DNA of 40,027 nucleotides, taken from assembly GCA_964511245.1 (NCBI GenBank), contig CAZEEB010000001.1, positions 1 to 40,027 of the forward strand. Reading direction: 5' to 3'. Position 1 is the first letter of the stretch. Each line of letters begins with the position of its first letter. The DNA comes from an uncultured Paludibacter sp. Its GTDB lineage: Bacteria; Bacteroidota; Bacteroidia; Bacteroidales; Paludibacteraceae. The translations under genes were made by a program, and so were the position numbers. The notes beneath the pieces are model-generated. The model ran no database searches, was not told where the DNA came from, and was given only the letters and a program-made list of their open reading frames with translations. Positions 26,271 through 36,404 of this stretch are shown piece by piece.

Positions 26271-28634
26271 ATGAAATTCTACTATTTAAGCCTTGCTATA
26301 CTTTGTATAATGACTGCTTGCCAGCCCAAATTAAATTTGCCGGCAAACACCGATAATAACAAAAATCTCAATTCATTATTAACCCTGAATTATGGTGAAA
26401 ACAGAATTGTGTTGCAAGATTTTGTATTAAATCCTTCGGAAATTGACTCAGTAACTTCATCAGCACCAAAAATGCTATGTAAATTGGCATTAAATAAATC
26501 CTATGCTGATATTATTGTAACGGGAAATGATAAATTTTTTGATATTAAATTATGGGTTAAAACAGTGCCATATTCCATTCCTTGCCGCCTGACCGATAAG
26601 ATTGACTATGCTTTCACTTTTAACCCGAATGGCAAAATCTATAATCGGGTGCAAATTGCCGGACAAATGAATGATTGGACTGCTTCACGGACTCCGGATT
26701 TACAACTAAATTCGCATGGATTATATGAAATCAAATTAGCATTGAGTCCAGGAACGTATTTATATCAATTAACTTTGGATGGTATACAAAATCACGACCC
26801 TTCGAACGCTGACAAAGTTGACAATGGATATGGTAAATTCAATTCATTATTACAGGTTAAAGGAAATGGGGATAAATTTCCTCATATTTTCAGTGATAAA
26901 TTTGGAGTTACTTCCATAACATTGTCAGCTCAAAACGAACTGAAACAAGTATTTGTTTATTGGCAAAATTACTTATTACCACAGTCATTTGTTTTGTTTC
27001 ACAACGATAGAATTCAAATAAGTATACCTGCTGAAGCAGCCGGTTTGGAACGTTCATTTATGCGTGTTTGGGCTTCAAACCAGTTTGGAGTTAGTAATGA
27101 CATACTTATACCACTTCAGAATGGAAAAGTTTTTACATCAAGCAGCAAAATTACACGTGAAGATAAACAGGCTCAAATAATGTATTTTGCACTTGTAGAT
27201 AGATTTAAGAACGGTGATATCAGCAATGATCATCCTTTGAAAAGACCCGATGTAAATCCAAAAGTAGATTATTGGGGTGGCGATTTAGCAGGAATAAGTC
27301 AAACAATTCAAAACGGATACTTTAAATCACTGGGAATTAACACTTTGTGGATATCGCCCTTAAATCAAAATCCTACCGAACCTTATGGGTTTTATAAGCC
27401 AATGAATACAAAATTTTCTGGTTATCACGGATATTGGCCTGTTTCTTCATCAAAAGTTGATTTCCGATTTGGCACGAATGATGAATTTAAAAAACTTGTT
27501 GCAGATGCACATAAAAATAATATGAACATATTGCTCGATTATGTGGCTCATCACGTACATGTAGAACATCCATTTTATAAATCACATCCCGAATTCAGTA
27601 CTTCACTTTATTTACCAGACGGAACATTAAATACTGAAAAATGGGATGAACAAAGACTTACAACATGGTTTGACACTTTTATGCCTACGCTCGATTTAGC
27701 AAATCCAAAGGTAGTAGATATAATGACCGATTCGGCTATGTTTTGGTTGAAAGAATTTAAATTGGATGGATTCCGCCACGATGCCACAAAACACATTACC
27801 GAACAATTTTGGCGTGCACTTACTTTGAAAATTAAAAAAGCCAACAAGGGTAAAAATTTATATCAAATTGGCGAAACTTATGGAAGCCCTTCTTTAATAA
27901 GCAGTTACCTTACTACCGGTATGCTTGATGGACAATTTGATTTTAACGTTTATGATATTGCAAATACTACATTTGCCGGTGTTGGAGGTAGTAATTTGAT
28001 ACAAGTACAAAACATATTAAATGCAAGTTTATATACCTATGGGAATCATAATTTGATGGGTAATATTTCGGGTAATCATGACAAACCACGGTTTATGGCA
28101 CTTGCATCGGGTGATTTAAAATTTGGAGAAGACTCAAAAGCCGCCGGTTGGCAACGAAATATTGGTATAACCGATTCCACAGCCTATCAAAAATTATTCT
28201 TAATGCACACTTTCAATCTCACAATTCCTGGAATTCCGGTCATTTTTTACGGAGATGAAATTGGACTCACTGGTGCAAATGATCCTGATTGCCGACGAAT
28301 GATGAAATTTAATGGATTAAATAACCGTGAAAAAAATCTATTGGCAAAAGTATCGATATTAACCCACCTTAGGGCAGAAAACACAGCATTTATATACGGT
28401 GACTTTATCAATCTAAAAACTTCGAACGATTACTGGGTTTATGCACGTAAATACTTTGATAAACAGGCTATTATAATAATTAATAACACAAAGATGGCAA
28501 AGACAATTGACTTTCAAATTCCCGAAAAATTAATGAAAGAAACATATAAATCATTATTTAATGGGAACTTCAAGCTTAATAAAAACGAAATGAGTATTCA
28601 AATACCGGCATATAGCTCAGAAATAATTCTTTGA
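26271..28634 (+). CDS. GH13 alpha-amylase-family lipoprotein with CBM48/AMPK-type glycogen-binding domain
   Basis: Lipobox IMTAC; VQIAGQMNDW...PGTYLYQL; VDRFKNG, WGGDLAG, YHGYW, DYVAHH, DGFRHDA, IGET, GNHD, GANDPD. Confidence 0.92.
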   Translation: MKFYYLSLAILCIMTACQPKLNLPANTDNNKNLNSLLTLNYGENRIVLQDFVLNPSEIDSVTSSAPKMLCKLALNKSYADIIVTGNDKFFDIKLWVKTVPYSIPCRLTDKIDYAFTFNPNGKIYNRVQIAGQMNDWTASRTPDLQLNSHGLYEIKLALSPGTYLYQLTLDGIQNHDPSNADKVDNGYGKFNSLLQVKGNGDKFPHIFSDKFGVTSITLSAQNELKQVFVYWQNYLLPQSFVLFHNDRIQISIPAEAAGLERSFMRVWASNQFGVSNDILIPLQNGKVFTSSSKITREDKQAQIMYFALVDRFKNGDISNDHPLKRPDVNPKVDYWGGDLAGISQTIQNGYFKSLGINTLWISPLNQNPTEPYGFYKPMNTKFSGYHGYWPVSSSKVDFRFGTNDEFKKLVADAHKNNMNILLDYVAHHVHVEHPFYKSHPEFSTSLYLPDGTLNTEKWDEQRLTTWFDTFMPTLDLANPKVVDIMTDSAMFWLKEFKLDGFRHDATKHITEQFWRALTLKIKKANKGKNLYQIGETYGSPSLISSYLTTGMLDGQFDFNVYDIANTTFAGVGGSNLIQVQNILNASLYTYGNHNLMGNISGNHDKPRFMALASGDLKFGEDSKAAGWQRNIGITDSTAYQKLFLMHTFNLTIPGIPVIFYGDEIGLTGANDPDCRRMMKFNGLNNREKNLLAKVSILTHLRAENTAFIYGDFINLKTSNDYWVYARKYFDKQAIIIINNTKMAKTIDFQIPEKLMKETYKSLFNGNFKLNKNEMSIQIPAYSSEIIL

Positions 28635-28658
28635 AAAATTAAAACTCATAAAAAATAA

Positions 28659-29162
28659 ATGATACAACTCAAAAACAGTACTTTGGCTTCGGCAGCCGAA
28701 AAAGGAATGGACGAATTTCTTCAAGTATTTATTGACGCTTATTTAAAATTGATTGGAGCAAATTTAAATGCAGACACAATGCCATTGCTTAATGGAAACC
28801 AACATACATTGCTGGCATGGCATTATTTTACAACTGAAATACGTGATGGTGGCTTTGTTCAGCTAATTCAGAATGGATATGGAGGTTACATTTTTGAAAA
28901 TCCATTTGCTAAGTCTATCAAACAATTCGGAGCAATTGAACTTTCAAAGCTCATTTATAAAGCTAAAGAAATTTATGATGCGAATAAAACCGAACTTGAA
29001 CGTGAAACTACCGATGAAGAATTTAACGCTCTATATGTTGATTTTGAAGTGTTCGACGAATTAGAAGAACGTTATTTTGACATAGAAGAAGAACAAACCA
29101 ACCTAGTTGCACGCTATGTGGATGAACATATTGCCGATTTTGCCAAAATTACTGAAAACTAA
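28659..29162 (+). CDS. DMP19/DUF4375-like acidic protein
   Basis: EIRDGGFVQLIQNGYG motif with a strongly acidic C-terminal half. Confidence 0.75.
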   Translation: MIQLKNSTLASAAEKGMDEFLQVFIDAYLKLIGANLNADTMPLLNGNQHTLLAWHYFTTEIRDGGFVQLIQNGYGGYIFENPFAKSIKQFGAIELSKLIYKAKEIYDANKTELERETTDEEFNALYVDFEVFDELEERYFDIEEEQTNLVARYVDEHIADFAKITEN

Positions 29163-29175
29163 ATTTTAGCAAAAT
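29137..29175. terminator. Possible terminator hairpin between the convergent DMP19-like and NigD-like genes
   Basis: ATTTTGCCAAAATT-N11-AATTTTAGCAAAAT inverted repeat with one mismatch; AT-rich and weak. Confidence 0.35.
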
Positions 29176-29184
29176 TAGATTTTT

Positions 29185-29931
29185 TCAATTTATTTGAATT
29201 GAAGAATATTGGCGAACTGTGTGTGTTGGAGCTAAAACCGGAACAGAAGTACTAAAATCATACAGTAATTCGTAGGTTTTATCACTAGGTTGATTTGGAA
29301 TATTTACATGAATTACCAACGGCAAAATGCCCGTTTTTGTTTTTGATTGAAGTGATTTTAAATTAAATGAAACTATACCACTTCGATAATAAACCGGTGC
29401 ATCAGAATTTGAATTATGCCTGAAAAACAGGTGAGTTTTCCCATCTAAAAATACTTTTGAAGTATCATTTACTAAGTTGATATAGTGAGTTTTATTGTAA
29501 CCCGGATATACAAACTGAACATTTAAATAATCGCTTCCAATCCACATATCATCAATTGAAATTGAATCATTTCCAATGCTATCCTGAGTAGCTTTTGATA
29601 TATTAAAAATACCCTTGGTAAGTACTGTGAAAACATCATTTAATCTTACATCGTAGTCATATAGATGAGTTGCTCGTTTATCAGCTAAAAGGGTATAATT
29701 GGCAATTATTCGTTGACCATCCTTTGGTATATAACCCGAAAAATAACTTTGATCCACCCACATTATTTTTTTATTATCAAGTTTAAAAAAGAATAACGAC
29801 TCACTGTATGGATTTTGAACAGTGGCAATATCTAACTGATAATTTGTTAAATCATTACTCTGCTGATCTTCGCACGAAATAAAAAATGGAATAATAGCTG
29901 CAATAAATACAAACTTAATATAGGTTTTCAT
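29185..29931 (-). CDS. NigD-like lipoprotein
   Basis: Lipobox FISC; DGQRIIANYT, VLTK, DSIGND...MWI...YLN, HYINLV, FRHN, VSFNL pattern. Confidence 0.82.
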   Translation of the reverse strand: MKTYIKFVFIAAIIPFFISCEDQQSNDLTNYQLDIATVQNPYSESLFFFKLDNKKIMWVDQSYFSGYIPKDGQRIIANYTLLADKRATHLYDYDVRLNDVFTVLTKGIFNISKATQDSIGNDSISIDDMWIGSDYLNVQFVYPGYNKTHYINLVNDTSKVFLDGKTHLFFRHNSNSDAPVYYRSGIVSFNLKSLQSKTKTGILPLVIHVNIPNQPSDKTYELLYDFSTSVPVLAPTHTVRQYSSIQIN

Positions 29932-30044
29932 AATTGTAGTTTTGTTTATAATTAACTAATAATAAAGTTTTTAGTATACCATGAGCATCAAAAATAATGC
30001 CATTCGGAGTAAAATTTCCACGTAGCCGATTTCAGCTTCAAAAA

Positions 30045-30971
30045 TCACTCAAAACTCAAATAAGGCTTCAACCGTTGAATTGACACAGAATTAAACTCTG
30101 TTAATTCTTTTAGTTCATTGCAATCTTTCAATTTTCCTTTTTTTCGACGTAATTCGTACAAAGCTTTTGCCTGATAAAAATTAAAATAAGGATGACTTTT
30201 AAATCGTTCGGCAGTTGCTGTATTAACGTTAATTTTTCGCACCAAATCTAAATTTACTTTAAAGAATGGTTTAATTTTTTCCAGATTTTCCGGTTTCATT
30301 CCCCAAAGTTCGCTTAGTTGGTCAACCGACACAAATCCGCCCGTTTGTTGCCTAAACCGCACAATTCCTTTGGCATAAGCTCGTCCAATTCCTTTTATCT
30401 GCATCAACAAAGTTGTATCAGCCGAATTCAAATCAACGATAATATCGGTTCGTTTAATGGGTTTGTCTGTCTGAATTTGTTTGATTTCAGCTATAGAAAT
30501 ATAAGGTTCAAGTTCTTTGTATTTCTCAGGTTTAATTCCATATACTTTTCCAAAATCTTCTTTGGTTTTAAATTTTCCACCTGCATTTCGGTATTTTAGT
30601 ATATTGGAAGCCACAAAAGATTTTAGTCCAAGTTTTACAAAAATAACTGAGTCGGCCGAATTTGGATCAAATGTAAAAAGAGAATATGGTTCGGGAGTAG
30701 TTTTTTTGGGAAATAACTTGAAATTTTGCTCAAATTGCCGTTGTCGTTCTTCATATTTTTTTTCCCAAGCAGCTTTTCGTAAACTATCCTGAGATTCCAA
30801 TGATTTTTTGAAAAGTTCAACTTCAGTCAGAAATTTTTGCCCATCCTGTTCGGGATTATTGAAAAGTAAGGGCATCATATAGTTTGTTGCAATTGCAAGC
30901 AAAATTAGAACTAGCAAAACATTTATCCCAATACGCTGTCCTTTAGAGAAATAGAAAAAATCTTTCCACAT
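30045..30971 (-). CDS. ComEA-like helix-hairpin-helix DNA-binding protein
   Basis: N-terminal TM plus three HhH modules (FDPNSAD, DLNSAD...IKGIG, INVNTAT). Confidence 0.88.
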   Translation of the reverse strand: MWKDFFYFSKGQRIGINVLLVLILLAIATNYMMPLLFNNPEQDGQKFLTEVELFKKSLESQDSLRKAAWEKKYEERQRQFEQNFKLFPKKTTPEPYSLFTFDPNSADSVIFVKLGLKSFVASNILKYRNAGGKFKTKEDFGKVYGIKPEKYKELEPYISIAEIKQIQTDKPIKRTDIIVDLNSADTTLLMQIKGIGRAYAKGIVRFRQQTGGFVSVDQLSELWGMKPENLEKIKPFFKVNLDLVRKINVNTATAERFKSHPYFNFYQAKALYELRRKKGKLKDCNELKELTEFNSVSIQRLKPYLSFE

Positions 30972-31138
30972 AAACTAATTTGCAATTAAATTTAAGTGCC
31001 AAAATTAAGCAAATAATTTAAAATTTACAAATAAAAATTAACGGATACGTTTTGGGGAATTTACAAACAACAAACGAAACTTCCTTTTAAAATTCGGAAA
31101 ACTTTAGGCACTTAAATTCCTAAGTATTTATTTTATTG

Positions 31139-31211
31139 AGCGGTAAACGGGACTCGAACCCGCGACCTTCGGCTTGGGAAGCCAACGCTCTACCAACTGA
31201 GCTATTGCCGC
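31139..31211 (-). tRNA. tRNA-Gly (CCC)
   Basis: GCGGCAATAGCTCAGTTGGTAGAGCGTTGGCTTCCCAAGCCGAAGGTCGCGGGTTCGAGTCCCGTTTACCGCT folds as a cloverleaf with anticodon CCC and U73. CCA is not fully encoded. Confidence 0.96.
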
Positions 31212-31231
31212 AAAAGCAACTCAAAAAAAAC

Positions 31232-31807
31232 TCATTTTACTATCCCTGCAAATCCCATAAATGCCATTGCCAATAAGCCGGCAGCAATTAACGCTGCAGG
31301 AATTCCTTCCATGCTTTTAGGCAGTTTTAATAAACTGAGTTGTTCGCGAATACCTGCAAAAATAACCAAAGCCAATCCAAAACCAACAGCAGTAGAAATA
31401 GCAAATACAACACTTTCAAGTAAATTAAAATTAGCTTTTACAACCAGCAATGCTACACCCAGAATAATGCAATTGGTGGTAATTAGTGGCAAATAAATAC
31501 CCAATGCATGATAAAGTGAATGTGATACTTTTTTCATCACTATTTCCACTACTTGTACCACGGAGGCAATTACTAACACAAAGCTAACAGTACGTAAAAA
31601 CTCAATATGGTAAGGTTGAAGAATAAGTTTTTGAATAGTATAGGTAAATAAAGTAGAAATGCTAAGTACAAATGCTACTGCGGCAGTCATTCCCACAGCT
31701 GTATTTATTTTTTTGGATACACCTAAAAGTGGACAAATGCCCAAAAACTGAGAAAAAACTATATTATTAACAAAAACTGCACTTATAAAAATTAAAAGAT
31801 AGGTCAT
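31232..31807 (-). CDS. rnfA: Rnf electron transport complex subunit A
   Basis: NNIVFSQFLGICP, LGIYLPLITTNC, GIRE, AFMGF. Confidence 0.96.
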   Translation of the reverse strand: MTYLLIFISAVFVNNIVFSQFLGICPLLGVSKKINTAVGMTAAVAFVLSISTLFTYTIQKLILQPYHIEFLRTVSFVLVIASVVQVVEIVMKKVSHSLYHALGIYLPLITTNCIILGVALLVVKANFNLLESVVFAISTAVGFGLALVIFAGIREQLSLLKLPKSMEGIPAALIAAGLLAMAFMGFAGIVK

Positions 31808-31853
31808 TAGCTTGAATTTTTTAAAATGAATTTAAATTTTTGAACATCAGATT

Positions 31854-32462
31854 TTAAACATTCTTAGTTTTTGATTTTATTATTGTTTTATTTAAAAAAG
31901 CAATCATAAAACCTAATGTAATAAATGCTCCCGGTGCAAGTACAAAAAGCAGAGAACCATATTGCTCATCAAATAAAATCTGACCAAATAATTTCCCGGT
32001 ACCAAGTAATTCGCGAATAATACCTAATGCAGTTAGTGCAAGTGTAAAGCCAAGTCCCATGCTTAAACCATCGATTGCCGAGCGAAAAATCGAATTTTTA
32101 GCTGCAAATGCTTCAGCACGTCCCAGTACAATACAATTTACAACAATTAACGGAATAAAAATGCCTAAGTTTTGATAAACATTTGGAAAGTAAACATTAA
32201 TAAGCATTTCTACCACACTTACAAGAGTGGCAATTAATACAACATAAGACGGTATACGAATTTTATCCGGAATTAAATTTTTTAATGCTGAAACGACTAT
32301 ATTGGATACAAAAAGTACAATCAGTGTGGCAAGCCCCATGCTCATTCCATTCAGAGCAGTTGTAGTAGTTGCCAATGTAGGACACATACCAAGCGTTAGA
32401 ACCAAAACCGGGTTTTCGGTTAATATTCCCTTTATAACAATTCCAAAATTTGAATCTTTCAT
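31854..32462 (-). CDS. rnfE: Rnf electron transport complex subunit E
   Basis: ENPVLVLTLGMCPTLA, IRIP, FIPLIVVNCIVLGRAEAFA, RELLG, LAPGAF. Confidence 0.96.
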   Translation of the reverse strand: MKDSNFGIVIKGILTENPVLVLTLGMCPTLATTTTALNGMSMGLATLIVLFVSNIVVSALKNLIPDKIRIPSYVVLIATLVSVVEMLINVYFPNVYQNLGIFIPLIVVNCIVLGRAEAFAAKNSIFRSAIDGLSMGLGFTLALTALGIIRELLGTGKLFGQILFDEQYGSLLFVLAPGAFITLGFMIAFLNKTIIKSKTKNV

Positions 32463-33133
32463 TTTAAATGTAGCTTTGTATCGTATTTATTTAACTTTGT
32501 AATTGATTCTATCACATTTTTAGTGCTATCTGGCTTGTTGTTCGGAGCTAACTTACTATTTTCCATATTATTAGAAAATGCAAAATAGGCATTCCTAACA
32601 GCAAAAAGGAAAGCGCGCGATGAAATGGTAGCAGCAGTTATAGCATCAACTTCACCACCATCTTTACTGACTGACAAATTGCAACTATTCATGTTTTTAC
32701 CGATAATACTGGATTTACCAGTACGAAACCATTCTTGCATACGCGAACCCAAACCTAGCGTTTCATCGTGATTTTGAACATTATAATTAATCAATTTAGC
32801 ACTTTTATCAAAACCAACAATAATATTTATTCTACTTTTGTAACCGGTATTTGATGAAGATTCTACAGCAGCTCCTACCAGATTTCCAACCTTGTCATAA
32901 GCTTTGAATACCTTCAACACTTCATCTCCCTCTTTTATGGAAACAGGTACAGTATCAACTAAAAAATGAGGTGGTAAAACAGACTCTATTTGGTTTAATT
33001 GTTTCTTTTTATTCGTTTTTTGAATCGTATCCAGCGTTGTTGAATAAACTGTTGCCAAGGTGTAAGCGCCAATTAAAGTGATACACGAAAGCACTAACAT
33101 CATGTTTAAAAAGGTTGATTGAAGTTTTTTCAT
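32459..33133 (-). CDS. rnfG: Rnf electron transport complex subunit G
   Basis: N-terminal TM, HDETLGLG, FMN-attachment motif DAITAATISS. Confidence 0.93.
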   Translation of the reverse strand: MKKLQSTFLNMMLVLSCITLIGAYTLATVYSTTLDTIQKTNKKKQLNQIESVLPPHFLVDTVPVSIKEGDEVLKVFKAYDKVGNLVGAAVESSSNTGYKSRINIIVGFDKSAKLINYNVQNHDETLGLGSRMQEWFRTGKSSIIGKNMNSCNLSVSKDGGEVDAITAATISSRAFLFAVRNAYFAFSNNMENSKLAPNNKPDSTKNVIESITKLNKYDTKLHLK

Positions 33134-33219
33134 TTAGTACTTATTGGAGTTTAAAGGTTTTTTGAAGTTTGTAAATTCATATTTATTTGTATTTCTGAAT
33201 CTTTATAACATTCGTTTCA

Positions 33220-34185
33220 CTATTTTTTAAGTTCACCAAAACGTTTTGGTTTAACCAATGAATTTATCAAAGGAGTTACTCCGTTCATAATCAGAATGGC
33301 AAATGAAATTCCTTCGGGATAAGAACCAAAAACACGGATAATGACAGTGATAATTCCTATACCAAAACCGTAAATTAACATTCCACGAGGATTCATTGGC
33401 GATGTTACATAATCAGTAGCCATAAAAATAGCACCAAGCATAAGACCTCCGGTTAAAATATGAAAAAGTGGGGTAGCAATAAACATATTTGGACTTGATA
33501 AATGCAAAATGCCGGTAAATAAAAAAACGGTAGCAATAATACTAACTGGAATATGCCAAGTTATAATTTTACGTAATAACATGTAAATCATACCAATAAG
33601 CAAGGCTAAAGTTGAAATTTCACCCATAGATCCACCCATGTTTCCAATAAACATATTCCATGTGTCGGGGATATTACTGAATTGACCTTTAAGCACTGCC
33701 AATGGTGTGGCTGCCGTAATGGCATCGAGATAATGCATATTCAGAGGATTTGGTATAGGCCAAACCGTCATAGCTGCCGGAAATGATATCAGCATAAACA
33801 CACGCCCAACCAATGCCGGATTGAATGGATTATTACCAACTCCACCAAAAGGCATTTTGGCAATTCCAATAGCCACAAATGAACCAACCACAACCATCCA
33901 TACAGGAATATTTGTTGGTAAATTCATAGCGAGTAACAATCCGGTAAGCAATGCCGAACCATCAAAGATACTGACTACTCCTTTGAGTAAAAATTTCTGA
34001 ATAACATATTCAAATATCACACACGAAAACATAGCTACTAAGCTAATAATAATTGCCCCAAGCCCAAAAAAATACAAACCAACCAAATAGGCAGGTAGTA
34101 AGGCAATAAACACGCCAATCATTTTATTCGAAATGGTATCGCCACCGTGTACGTGTGGTGAAGCTGAAATTATTAATTTTGCCAT
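33220..34185 (-). CDS. rnfD: Rnf electron transport complex subunit D
   Basis: SPHVH, DGSALLTG, FGGVGNNPFNPA, AATPL (FMN-Thr), FMATDYVTSP, YPEG. Confidence 0.96.
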   Translation of the reverse strand: MAKLIISASPHVHGGDTISNKMIGVFIALLPAYLVGLYFFGLGAIIISLVAMFSCVIFEYVIQKFLLKGVVSIFDGSALLTGLLLAMNLPTNIPVWMVVVGSFVAIGIAKMPFGGVGNNPFNPALVGRVFMLISFPAAMTVWPIPNPLNMHYLDAITAATPLAVLKGQFSNIPDTWNMFIGNMGGSMGEISTLALLIGMIYMLLRKIITWHIPVSIIATVFLFTGILHLSSPNMFIATPLFHILTGGLMLGAIFMATDYVTSPMNPRGMLIYGFGIGIITVIIRVFGSYPEGISFAILIMNGVTPLINSLVKPKRFGELKK

Positions 34186-34216
34186 ATTATTTGTGCATTA
34201 AAATCAGGTGTCGGAA

Positions 34217-35551
34217 TTAGTTTTTTGCTTGTCTGTTCCTAATAATTTTTCCTACTGTGGTTTTACCCAAGCGGATATAGTCGAGTAATGGCCTGTTGGA
34301 TGGACAAGTATATGAACAACAACCACATTCAATACAATCCATAACTCTATCTTTTTCCATTTCGGTCCACATTGATCGCTCACCTTCGCTCATTAGTAAA
34401 AAAGGCTCAAGTCCCATTGGACAATCCACCACACATTTAGCACAGCGAATGCAATTTTGCATTTTTTTGCGTGCCGATTCAAATGTAGGCATAAACAATA
34501 TCCCTGAAGTTCCTTTCACTACAGGTACTTCAAGTGTTTTCAAAGCTTTACCCATCATAGGACCACCGGCAATTATTTTAGCAGTATCTGATGGAATACC
34601 ACCAAGGTTTTCAACTACCGAACTCATTGGAGTGCCTAATCGAACATGGTAATTGCCATGTTTTTGTACGGAATTACCTGTAACGGTTACAATTCTGGAA
34701 ATCAATGGTTTGTTTTTTTGAACAGCTTCGTAAACAGCAAAAGCTGTAGCCACATTCTGAAGTATTGCTCCTACTTCAACCGGCAAAGCACCACTTGGAA
34801 TTTGTCGACCGATAATAGCGTCGATTAGTTGTTTTTCACCACCTTGTGGATATTGAACCCGCAAAGGGATTATATCAATTCCTGAATATGATTTAGCCGT
34901 TTTTTTCAATAGTGCTATTGCGTCTTTTTTGTTATTCTCAATTCCAATGTATGCTTTGTTGACTTTGGCAGCTTTCATTAAAATAGTAACACCTACAAGA
35001 ATTTCATGTGGTTTTTCTAACATTAATTGATGGTCGCAGGTAAGGTAAGGTTCGCACTCCACTGCATTGATTATCAATACTTCAGCCTTTTTTCCGGGAG
35101 GAGGAGAAAGTTTAACATGTGTGGGGAAGGTTGCGCCACCCATTCCTACAATTCCGGCTTCGGAAATAAGTTTTATAATTTCTTCTGAAGTCAGCTTACA
35201 CTCAGAAACTAAATCTTTACTACGGTCAATAGTTTCTAACCATTCATCCCCATCAGTATTTATAAATACGGCAGGAACACTGTATCCGGAAGCATCAATG
35301 GTAGTAGCTATTTTGGAAATTGTACCAGAAAATGCTGAATGAATATTGGCAGAAACAAATCCACCTGATTTGGCAAGCAACTGCCCCACTTTAACTTTAT
35401 CGCCCGGAGAAACCACAAGCTGACTCGGGGCTCCCAGCGATTGACCCAGTGGAATAACTGCCTGTTTGGGTATTGCAGCTTCAATGATAGGAATGCCTGC
35501 TGATAATTTATTCTCTTTGGGGTGAACACCTCCCATTCTAAATCGTTTCAT
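34217..35551 (-). CDS. rnfC: Rnf electron transport complex subunit C
   Basis: GGVHP, AGIVGMGGATFPTHVK, ECEPYLT, YPQGGEKQL, GGPMMG, CIRCAKC and CIECGCC clusters. Confidence 0.97.
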   Translation of the reverse strand: MKRFRMGGVHPKENKLSAGIPIIEAAIPKQAVIPLGQSLGAPSQLVVSPGDKVKVGQLLAKSGGFVSANIHSAFSGTISKIATTIDASGYSVPAVFINTDGDEWLETIDRSKDLVSECKLTSEEIIKLISEAGIVGMGGATFPTHVKLSPPPGKKAEVLIINAVECEPYLTCDHQLMLEKPHEILVGVTILMKAAKVNKAYIGIENNKKDAIALLKKTAKSYSGIDIIPLRVQYPQGGEKQLIDAIIGRQIPSGALPVEVGAILQNVATAFAVYEAVQKNKPLISRIVTVTGNSVQKHGNYHVRLGTPMSSVVENLGGIPSDTAKIIAGGPMMGKALKTLEVPVVKGTSGILFMPTFESARKKMQNCIRCAKCVVDCPMGLEPFLLMSEGERSMWTEMEKDRVMDCIECGCCSYTCPSNRPLLDYIRLGKTTVGKIIRNRQAKN

Positions 35552-35576
35552 ATTTTCAATTATGCTGGTACTAAAG

Positions 35577-36380
35577 TTAATTTAGCTCTACTATGGCATG
35601 TGTTGGGCAAACAGCTACACATTTTCCGCAAAGTGTACAAACCGACGAATCAATGTATGCTGTTTTGTTGATTAATTGAATGGCATTGTCAGCGCACACA
35701 TTTATACAATCAGTACATCCATTGCATGCTACACTGCAACTATCAATTACCGAAACATCTTTAGTTACACAATTCACATAAATTCTATGTTTGTTTTCGT
35801 TCATATTACGCAGTTCTATAATTCCTTTCGGGCAAGCAAGTATGCATGCGTTACAAGAAGTACATTTATCAGCATTTATCTCGGGCAATAAAGTTTTAGT
35901 GTTCAATTTTATTGCATTAAACCTGCATACATCAACACAATCGCCTAAACCAATGCATCCCCACGAGCAAGCGGTTTCGCCACCATACAAATTATGAACA
36001 ATGCTACAGGTAGTAGCGCCATCATATTGGTTTACACGAGCTCGCAATTCACAACTTCCACCGCAACGAACCGTAGCCACAGTTGGTTTAATGGGGCTTG
36101 CGGTTTTTCCCAACGCATTCGCAACGTTTTCCATCACAGATTTACCACCAACGGTACAAATCAAGTGATGAAGCGAATCAGCTTTAACACATGCCACAGC
36201 AAATCCATGACAACTTGCATGACCACAACCGCCACAATTAGCTTGAGGAAGCATGGATTCAACTTCTATAATTTTGGGGTCAGTCTGGAAATAAAATTTT
36301 CTGGAAGTGACATAAAGTACCAATGCCAACAAAGCACCAATTACTGACATAGATATAACTGAAACTAATAATATACTCAT
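35577..36380 (-). CDS. rnfB: Rnf electron transport complex subunit B (polyferredoxin)
   Basis: N-terminal TM, LPQANCGGCGHASC, CSWGCIGLGDC and further 4Fe-4S motifs. ATG at 36380 chosen; the track's alternative start is 36389. Confidence 0.94.
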   Translation of the reverse strand: MSILLVSVISMSVIGALLALVLYVTSRKFYFQTDPKIIEVESMLPQANCGGCGHASCHGFAVACVKADSLHHLICTVGGKSVMENVANALGKTASPIKPTVATVRCGGSCELRARVNQYDGATTCSIVHNLYGGETACSWGCIGLGDCVDVCRFNAIKLNTKTLLPEINADKCTSCNACILACPKGIIELRNMNENKHRIYVNCVTKDVSVIDSCSVACNGCTDCINVCADNAIQLINKTAYIDSSVCTLCGKCVAVCPTHAIVELN

Positions 36381-36404
36381 AAATAGCAATTTACAATAAA
36401 AACA

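Noticed and set aside
28659-30971. DMP19-like, NigD-like and ComEA-like genes as one competence, bacteriocin or defence system
   Set aside because: Mixed orientations, separate -7 elements (29989-29996, 31000-31007), and each family is common in Bacteroidales; no nuclease, toxin or uptake genes nearby.
31139-31211. tRNA-Gly as integration site of a genomic island
   Set aside because: No integrase, and I saw no duplicated tRNA 3' end in the window.
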